A DNA stretch of 7,523 bases from Paraspadella gotoi. Lineage: Eukaryota; Animalia; Chaetognatha. Positions 1 through 7,415 of the stretch are shown here, piece after piece (the first letter of the stretch is position 1; the number at the start of each line of letters is the position of its first letter). The stretch is from positions 1-7,523 of the forward strand of contig JBJCIZ010000988.1 in NCBI GenBank assembly GCA_051294375.1. Direction: 5' to 3'. The notes beneath the pieces are model-generated. The model searched no databases. It saw only the letters and a program-made list of their open reading frames with translations, and was not told where the DNA came from. The position numbers and the translations under genes are program-made.

Positions 1-48
1 ACATTTCCGTTTTACCAAAGTCCAGTGGACGAAGATCTTCTGGGGTAG

Positions 49-313
49 GCACGAAAAGGTTTCGGTTCTGCGCGACGAACATACAGAAGACAAGCTGCTT
101 GCGCTGTGTTTTTGCATTACGAATTTCTTACCAATTCAAGCGACGCACCCGACAACCGGTGGCGTACGACTGTGGAGCGAATATTTTCTATATTGCGTCC
201 CACGAGGTTTTTAAACGGCGTTTAAAAAAAAGTAGAGAGTAAAACGCTTGATTGACGACTTTTCTAAGATCCCGGATCGAAATTCCCCCCCCCTTATGCC
301 ATTAAAAACCCTG
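49..313 (+). mobile_element. Possible decayed right end of a DNA transposon (hAT- or PIF/Harbinger-like)
   Basis: Stop-free frame 49-225 (no start codon) contains RTTVERIFSILR (163-198). This fits both R-x3-E-x6-K/R of IS5/Harbinger transposases and ERxFS of the hAT dimerisation domain. A C9 run and AAAAACCCTG (304-313; reverse complement CAGGGTTTTT) follow, then composition changes abruptly. No matching left end lies in the window. Confidence 0.25.
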
Positions 314-315
314 GA

Positions 316-900
316 CCCCCTTCTTCTCCTCCTCCTTGTTATCAAATTCTTTCTCTTCTTCCTCTCTCGTCTTCTCCTGTGCTCGTTCTTTCTTCTCTCG
401 TCTATCATTCATTTCCTCGACTTGTTCTAAATCTATCTTCATACCTTTTCTTCTTATGCCCTCTCTCTCTTTCTATTCCCCACATCGAGTTGCTCTCCAT
501 ACTTTCCGCTTGTATCCGCTCTCTCCCCTGTCCCAGACCCCTCGTTCATTCCCTCTTCTCCGCTACCTCGTCTCTCTTTCACTCGTACTCCCATGCCGCT
601 CTTCTCTTCTCTCCGCAGGAATCCGAGTCTCTCATCCAATCAGCTTACGTCAATTGCGCGATCTCCGAGCTCACCACTCCCAGTGTGTCTTCAATATATC
701 TCGTCGTCTATCGTCCACTCGCCTCCCTACTAACATCCGCAAATCCGTGATTGCTCTATGCACCATTTTACCGCCTGACTGCTCTCTAGGTCCACCCCGC
801 TCCCCTTTACTTGTCATCTTCTTCGCCCCTTATCCGCATTTGCGATGCTACCTCATAGGCTCTCTTCCTCTCTGCCTTAGTCTTCATACGCACTCGTATT
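316..900. repeat. Long pyrimidine-rich low-complexity region (purine-rich on the minus strand)
   Basis: Dense CT/CTT/CTC runs seen directly. Overlapping ORFs in several frames are S/L/F/P-rich or R/E/K/G-rich, as expected from the composition. Confidence 0.8.
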
Positions 901-1153
901 AGCATGTGCCTCCTCAGCACAGCGAGCTTCTCACAGAGTTCTCTGTTAGCGACGCCACCTTTCCCACTATCCACGTCCGTTGTGCCTCTATTCATGAATT
1001 CTTATAGTATTCCACCTTCACTGTATCGCTCTTCCTGAATACTTCGAGTACCACCCGCCTGATCAAGCATTCGTCCTTCTTTCTATCTCATCCATGAGCA
1101 CTCCCGCCCAGACACTCTTAATCATTCTGGCTAACCCGGACCAATCGACGTTC

Positions 1154-1343
1154 ATCTGTCAAAACTACTGCCATCCAGGCTGTTCACGCGTTCAATATCC
1201 CTCGACGAACGCATTAAGTGCAAATACCTCCGCCTGGTAGGATTGTCCCTGCATATTTTCATTTGTGAGATAACGCGCCCCCGTCAACACTTAATAGACA
1301 AACAACGGTTTGGTTATGGTTCGACCTGGACTTACAAACCGTC
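1154..1343 (-). mobile_element. Possible decayed RNase H fragment of a non-LTR retrotransposon
   Basis: The minus strand reads SYQAEVFAL (1242-1216), resembling the FQAEVxAI motif of retroelement RNase H. DG lies 113 nt upstream (1343-1338) and VVLTD 74 nt downstream (D at 1156-1154), close to RNase H D..E..D spacing. Two frameshifts and stops must be assumed. Confidence 0.25.
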
Positions 1344-1709
1344 TTGGAACAAAAGCAAGGCCTCACGGTGTCGGCTATTAATGCACTCTACGAAGCCCCT
1401 GATTCTGCAAAGACGGCACGAGATGAATTAAAAATAATTGTTTAAAATCTGTACTCCATATTTTTTATTGGAAGTTTTTGTGAAATGCAAAATTCTGCTT
1501 TTTCATTAGAAATGTCAACGTTGAGTTCAAAAACATGTTCAACAACACCCATAGAAATGCGGTTGTTACGAGTACAGATAAATGTGAACACATTCGCGGA
1601 AACCTAAATAGTTGTTTATATATATATTATGGATTCATATAAAGTCGATTATTAACCAAAGCTTTACAATCCCTCGTAGCTCCTCACTAGTTAACATATA
1701 CGTTACGGA

Positions 1710-1828
1710 TCTTTCCTCTCTCTCCTCCTCTCTCGTCTCCTCTCCTTCATACCTCTCTCTCTCTCCCTCTCTCTCTCTGTCTCTGCTCTCTCTTCATCTT
1801 CTTCTCCTCTACTCTCTCCTCTCATTCT
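1710..1828. repeat. Imperfect (CT)n microsatellite / polypyrimidine tract
   Basis: About 120 nt almost entirely C/T with repeated CTCT units, ending in TTCTAG. Confidence 0.9.
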
Positions 1829-2227
1829 AGATTGAGGATTTCGCACACCATCCATACCAAGCCCGATCCAAGACGCGGAAGTGTTTCCGGAGAACCGATC
1901 TAAGGAATATCACCAGTTCCAGCTTTATCAGAAGATTTCGACGCCTGAACAGTTGAGTGCCAGAACTCGGAATAGATGCTTAGTTCATCATATCTTAAAG
2001 ACGAGAGAAAAACTAAACTCACGTGTCAACCAAGAGAAAAGCACAGCGATGTCGGAGCAGATACTGACTTCACTCGGCTCACCTCTAGCATGAAGTCTGC
2101 ACACCAAATTATCAACGGTCATCCCAGCGTTATGGGTATTATGTGCCCGATTCTAGAACGTCGTAACCTGACATTTGATCAATTTCGCATTCTCAACTAT
2201 TGTGCTTCTTCACTCGTTAACTCACCC

Positions 2228-2294
2228 GCTATTGGCTCCACATATATCAAGCTAATGCGCGTCACATCTGACGTCATGTGTGCCAGAGCACGTG
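2228..2294. promoter_or_regulatory. Cluster of eukaryotic transcription-factor motifs (CCAAT, CRE, E-boxes)
   Basis: Inverted CCAAT box GCTATTGGCT (2228-2237), half CRE GCGTCA (2259-2264), full CRE TGACGTCA (2269-2276), E-boxes CATCTG (2265-2270), CATGTG (2275-2280) and CACGTG (2289-2294). Confidence 0.3.
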
Positions 2295-2469
2295 TGCACA
2301 GAACTACCGAGTGAACCCCATACCTCTTGCGCACGAAATTAGCTTGTACCGTCAGAGACAGTCCGATGCAGCGCAGACGTTCGTCTGTATGCGGGAGACA
2401 CGGCAAGTTGATATGCACAATGCCGTTCTTGCCTACAGTCTAACTTGGCTACAGCACAAGATAATTGCT

Positions 2470-2517
2470 GCACATAACGAGTATTACGCGAGACGGTCTG
2501 GGTTCAGCCTGCGCAAA
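2470..2517 (+). mobile_element. FAR1/MULE DNA-binding-domain-like peptide remnant within ORF 2278-2634
   Basis: AHNEYYARRSGFSLRK resembles the FAR1/Mutator motif FYNxYARxxGFSVRK (recalled). The downstream zinc ligands (C..C..HNH) are not present in frame. Confidence 0.25.
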
Positions 2518-2638
2518 GTGCTCACTCCCGTAATGGCCTCGCATGTAATAATTGGTCACATAACCTCAGGAAATTACGTGCCTTGGGTTATGAAGATCCA
2601 TTGTATGCTCTCGTCACCTTATAAATCAATTTGATTAC

Positions 2639-2651
2639 GGCCGCCATCTTT
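2639..2651 (+). promoter_or_regulatory. YY1/Pho consensus site
   Basis: GGCCGCCATCTTT matches the extended YY1 motif GCCGCCATnTT. The same 11-mer CCGCCATCTTT recurs at 6902-6912. Confidence 0.35.
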
Positions 2652-3111
2652 ACATTGTACATTGTACAACATCGTAATTGACTTCTTTTTTTCACTCGCT
2701 TGCTTTCATTAGGATATCACAAAAAAAGAAATTGCGCCGCATCAACCATCTGCACCTGGCGACCCATGTCCGGCATGCATGGAGCAGAAAAGAGTTTTGC
2801 AGTTACCGACACAAATCAATGTTGGCGCCAAGTCTTCTTTGACAGACTGGGGCCTGGCTACTACGTATACAATTGCCCATCTATCTATCTATATCAATAT
2901 CTATTTGCTATGGTTATGCGGTTCATGCACGAACTGGCGAGTAATTTCAGGAGTCCCAACCAACCCCTGAACATATAAGCCGACATTCAGTTGCATCGTG
3001 GATTCTCTGGATCGCGGTCAACCAAAATTTGTGTTCAAATTTCCTCGAAGAGCCATACCAGGCTGGCCAACTAAAAGCGTAATGAATGTGAATGATAATG
3101 ACGATGAATTG

Positions 3112-3258
3112 ATGAATACATATACACGACTGGATCTTTTCGTTAAGCTTCTTTCGGGAAACAGGATTTATGAAGAAAACCCGGATAGCGGCGCACACAA
3201 CATTACGCTTTTGGCCAGTGATACCGGATGCGGAGTTTCGAAAGATTTATCCAAGTAA
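3112..3258 (+). pseudogene. Truncated MutL/PMS-like GHKL ATPase N-terminal fragment
   Basis: The 3' half of ORF 2998-3258 reads VKLLSGNRIYEENPDSGAHNITLLASDTGCGVSKD. The blocks resemble ENSLDAGATNIDL (motif I) and SDNGCGV (DxGxG, motif II) of MutL-family proteins in the right order, but the spacers are shortened and a stop follows at 3256-3258. Confidence 0.3.
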
Positions 3259-4947
3259 ATTATTGTAGTGGTAAATCGTAAAGCATAAAAATTAATATGG
3301 TCTTAAAATTTCCGTCCGCTCTTGTCATACAGCGGATTTAAATATTCTAATATTCTTTAAAACTGTAACAGAATAAATATTTCAAAGACGAAAATAATGA
3401 CGGGGCGTCACCTCTAGTCTTATTCCATTTCGGAAAAGATATTTTGTTTTATTATCTATAGCCTAGTTAATTCAACAATAGAATCGAAGTATTTAAAACG
3501 AAATCATCTGAAATGTATATTGATTTTAGGAATTTGTTTAACATGTTAAATTAAAGCCTTGAAGTTTTTAGAGAGAGAGTGAATCTCTTATTCCTAAGAT
3601 ACATGATGGGGCAGTGGGGTGCGGAGGAATACTTGCGAGCTGTAAGGACAGTTCGACTGGTTATTAGAGTTGTCCAATGGATCGGGCAGAAGTGGCTGTG
3701 CTGTACGCGAGGAATAAGATGCGGGAAGGGTTTTTTTTAAACTACCCTGAGCTAGGCCCCCCGCCCCCAACCAATTCTATTTAATACCAATATTTTAAAG
3801 GCGTGCATTTTCAAACACATTAAAGATTATTTGAATCGGTTCTTGTAAAAAGTAAGTATTAATAAATAAACCCTAAGCATTGTATGTTATTGCAATGCAG
3901 CAAATGAGCTATACCGCTTCTTATACAGGTTCTTATTTGCGCCAAAATTTGCTAGCGGTTTTACTTATTCATTGCATTTTCAAGGATCGGCTCAAAGATC
4001 CGTTTTCTTTTGTCGATTTGGGAATTAATCCTCACGCGAACGGACTTTTAATTAACGTGGACATGTACAGTACACCACACGGCGAGTGCGCTGAAAGCAT
4101 ATTTATTCTTCTTTCCACGAAGAAACTCGAGCGCAAACTTGTCCAACGGGTGAGGATTTAACTCGTATCGAATCGGACAAAGGTGTGGTGTTCAATAAAA
4201 TAATTAAAACCATATTGTGCGCTTTTGTACTAAGCCCGCGAGGTAGCACTGGCGGACTACACGTAGCTCCGGGTATGCTGGACTGAATCACTGTCTTCCC
4301 ATTATGTCCATAAGTTTAGACTATGCGATACAGAAATCGGGTATAATACTCTCTGTACGTTATATTGTCATGGTAATGTAATCGATTTCTCAATCGAGGC
4401 AGTAACCATAAGACCCTAAGTGAATCTGCGATTTACATATCATTCATACTTGTAAAGTTCCGTGAGTTCACTATATATGAAGATCGGCGATCACGTTGGA
4501 GAAATTTAAGAGGGCTTTACAATTGTGTTGGTCTTGTAACTTAGTGCTATTCTGATGGGAACAGTCTCGCGAATCTAAGCGACTGCATAGAGCACACCCG
4601 TGTCTGACTTTTAATATGAGGTACGAACAATTCCCGAAGCAGAGTGGTGGTCCGAACCAGCTGCAGGAAACGCACGAAACCCAATTATTTCCCCTTCCCT
4701 CATTGTTTCAGGCACCCACTTTTATTATCCTCGCCCCACCCATTTGCACTCTCCTCTGCTGTCCCCGGTTTTCAGTATATGAGATCCTTTTGACCGGACC
4801 GTACGTAGAACCAATAGCAAGGGCGCAGTAATTGCACGCCGCCGCCAAAAAGTGGCAGACGGCAGGAGTCACGCTTTTTCCTGGGGGTTGAGACGTGTCG
4901 AAAGGCGGCTTGTAGTGTATGTATTTTTCTTCGAGCTAGTGTCTTAG

Positions 4948-5051
4948 TCTTATCTTTCTTTTTTCTTCTTTCTTTCTTTCTTTCTCTTGCTTTCATTGTA
5001 CTTTCTTTCTTATCTTTTTCTTTCTTTCTTTTTCTTTCTTACTTTTTCCTC
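4948..5051. repeat. T-rich polypyrimidine tract, imperfect (CTTT)n
   Basis: About 100 nt of TTTC/TTC units with few purines, seen directly. Confidence 0.9.
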
Positions 5052-5409
5052 GCGTTTCAAGAATTGAGGTTGGTTGACATCGTTTCTTTCGTTTCAGCCT
5101 TTTAAGTGTCATCTCGCCTATATACGGAAAGAGATCAACACTGGATGAATGAAGCGTATATATCTGCTCAAGCTATCGTCATCCCGTGGTTCTGCAAATT
5201 CTTACCCACCGTACTCTCTATATATCTATAAAAATCACATATCATATATCTTGTTCAGCTAAAAAATCACTGAAACTTCAGTTCGTTCAGCTAAACTAAA
5301 TTCGTTTCAGTCTGATACGATGATCTGTAGAAGACATACGGTTATGGCCGAACCAAAATTGCTCCTTCGTGCGAAATTGGAGAGCGTACGTCAATCGAAC
5401 TACTAAGAC

Positions 5410-5660
5410 CAGCGAGCGGTGAGTGCTGTAGAGAGTGAGAGAGAGCGTGCGTGTGCGCGTGCGCGGAATGCTGTACACACCTCTCTGCACAATTTCAGGG
5501 TTGAGCGGCCGATACCTACGTCCGCGGGAGCGCGACCGCCGCGGACGGTGAACCCGAGTCGAAGAAACACAAGGGCCGAAGACGCGCGGGCCAAATTCCG
5601 CGACCACCCCCGACCTGGCTTCTTCGTTGGCAGCCGAAGCCGAGCGCTGCCCCCGGAGCT
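5410..5660. other. GC/CpG-rich island with stem-loop potential
   Basis: Markedly GC- and CpG-rich compared with the flanks. Contains the perfect 9-bp inverted repeat CGTCCGCGG (5519-5527)/CCGCGGACG (5539-5547). Confidence 0.6.
5430..5465. repeat. (GA)n tract joined to an alternating purine-pyrimidine (GC/GT) tract
   Basis: AGAGAGTGAGAGAGAG (5430-5445) runs directly into GCGTGCGTGTGCGCGTGCGCG (5445-5465). Confidence 0.85.
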
Positions 5661-5802
5661 CTTTCACATACAGCAACGTCCCATGTCTCTCCATGACAAT
5701 ATAGATTTAATCTAAGGGCGGTCTCGGAAGTCCCTAATAAATCTTTGATTTTTCGTGTATAATTTACTTGCAGATCGAAATGAGAAGGATATATCCGGAT
5801 GC

Positions 5803-5922
5803 TCTATCAATTGCCTTAATATAAAAAGCTTAATAACCCGCAACAATGATTGTTGTTTCGAGCTTTTAATCTCTGTTGAGTCAAGCGAGTATTTATGTCG
5901 TATTTGAATCGAAACATATATT
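5803..5922 (+). mobile_element. Possible decayed APE endonuclease N-terminus of a LINE (CR1/L2-like)
   Basis: One frame reads SINCLNIKSLITRNNDCCFELLISVESSEYLCRI*IETYI, resembling LNIRSL (domain I) and ETW (domain II) at roughly the expected spacing. One in-frame stop at 5905-5907, and no GDFN motif found downstream. Confidence 0.25.
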
Positions 5923-6821
5923 CGTCTTCTGTTTGGTACAAATTGTACTCCTTCTTAGAGGTACAAGTTATTACTATGGATACTACTACTGTTAGCTTTA
6001 CAAACGAGGATCACGTAACTTCTGACTAACTGCCACGATTTTCATCAAGATTTCTATCTCTATGCATGATCTCAGGCGACTAGAAAAAATACAGAATGTT
6101 ACTCGCAAAACAAATCAACCACAAAAGAGACAGATCAATATGACTTTATGCGTAATTGACTAGGAAAAAACTGAAAAGAGGAAAGATGATTCTGAATCTA
6201 CTTAATATTGTCTCTTCCGCTGTTGATCGGTGATGCTGAGATAGAACATGGTCTTTGGTTCTAGGTCATTGAGTCATGTCCCCATAACGACCGAGCTCAA
6301 AATACTGTGGACACTGTGCAGGCAATCTCCGCACCATGGCTATTAAGAACAGGTTGCTTATACTTTTCCTTGTTGATTTTGAAGACGGGTGAATCTTGTC
6401 ATTCTCAAGAAATCAAAAAGCAGTTTGAAGGTAACAGATTTGAAACTTTATATCACAACTGTAGAGTTGATAAATTAGTTTAGTTTAACATTATATGTGG
6501 AACAGAAAGTAATCTTATGCACTCTCTAAAGATAGTGAAACAAATAATTTTGATTTTTCATTTGTTTTTTTGAAAGAAAACAGAGCAAACAAGTTATTGA
6601 AAAAAGTTCCTATGTTAACAATATATGCGAACAAAAAAGTAAAAGAAAAAAGAGATCAGGGGACAAAGTCAAGCAACTCCATTCGCTTGAGGCGGCAACT
6701 CGATCACGGGACTTCGGGAAGCAAGCAGCATATTACTTAGTTAAATTAGTGTATTTGATACCCTATTCAACGACATTCCTTTCTCTCTATTCTTCCGCCA
6801 CCATCCCACCCATCAAGAACA

Positions 6822-6846
6822 CCCCTCGCCCCTTTCCCTCCCCCCC
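6822..6846 (-). other. Canonical G-quadruplex motif (i-motif on the + strand)
   Basis: The + strand CCCC-TCG-CCCC-TTT-CCC-T-CCCCCCC gives four G-runs of 3 or more with 1-3 nt loops on the minus strand. Confidence 0.7.
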
Positions 6847-6938
6847 TCTTTCTCGGCCCGATATTCCCTCGCCACCCCGATCGTTATTCTTCCCCGCCTT
6901 CCCGCCATCTTTTGATGTTTAACATCAACAACGCCGAC

Positions 6939-6967
6939 CGACAACGACGACGACAACAACAACAACA
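6939..6967. repeat. Compound trinucleotide repeat CGA CAA (CGA)3 (CAA)4
   Basis: Read directly from the sequence. Confidence 0.85.
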
Positions 6968-7044
6968 GCCGTCATTAGCATTTGAAAACAAATCGAGACT
7001 CGGAACGTCGAAGCCGCGCCCACCGGCGCCGGTCCCGGGGAGGA

Positions 7045-7046
<2 letters not shown>

Positions 7047-7081
<35 letters not shown>
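7047..7081. repeat. (CGA)11 microsatellite
   Basis: Eleven perfect CGA units at 7047-7079 plus CG. Confidence 0.95.
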
Positions 7082-7083
<2 letters not shown>

Positions 7084-7221
7084 CGCGTCTTTGGGTAATT
7101 AGTACGAAATTAATGCGGCAGCGTCGTGGACGCGCGCGCGTGTCACGCTCGGTTCACGCGCATTTTTTTGTTGACGAGGTGGCCCCTGTCTCAATCTGGC
7201 GTTTTTTTCTTTTTTTTAAAG

Positions 7222-7296
7222 TTTATTTATTTATTATTTATTTATTTATATATTTATTATTTATTATTTATATTATTTATTATTTTATTTTAATTT
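7222..7296. repeat. Imperfect (TTTA)n/(TTA)n microsatellite
   Basis: 75 nt containing only A and T, built from TTTA and TTA units. Confidence 0.92.
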
Positions 7297-7345
7297 GTTC
7301 TTCTTTTATATTAATATTTTTTTAGGGACTTTTTCTTTTTATTCA

Positions 7346-7383
7346 TCTTCTTTCTTCTTTCTTTCTTTCTTCTTCTTTCTTCT

Positions 7384-7415
<32 letters not shown>

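Noticed and set aside
1-214. THAP-like fragments (FYQSPVD, FRFTKVQW, LC..H)
   Set aside because: The motifs are split between frames, key P/W/HF residues are not jointly present, and the N-terminal cysteines are not visible.
211-902. Overlapping ORFs including the 188-aa ORF 336-902
   Set aside because: Stop codons are scarce because of C/T-biased composition. The products are low-complexity with no recognisable domain.
1531-1540. p53 half-site AAACATGTTC
   Set aside because: No adjacent second half-site.
2651-2668. TACATTG tandem repeat, about 2.5 copies
   Set aside because: Short slippage duplication with no further structure.
3537-3550. 14-bp palindrome TTTAACATGTTAAA
   Set aside because: A 7-bp-arm AT-rich palindrome is expected by chance in 7.5 kb.
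3757-3876. GC box, CCAAT, TATTTAA, GTAAGT donor and a single AAACCCTAA telo-box
   Set aside because: CCAAT-to-TATA spacing is too short for a core promoter, no exon can be defined, and one telomere-like unit is not informative.
3880-4291. ORFs 3880-4161 (+) and 4103-4291 (-)
   Set aside because: Short, with non-ATG starts and no recognisable family.
4370-4409. Imperfect 40-nt hairpin around TCGATT-TCTC-AATCGA
   Set aside because: Too short and mismatched for a pre-miRNA; within chance.
5296-5715. ORFs on both strands across the CpG island
   Set aside because: Open frames follow from high GC content. The Arg/Ala/Pro-rich products show no domain.
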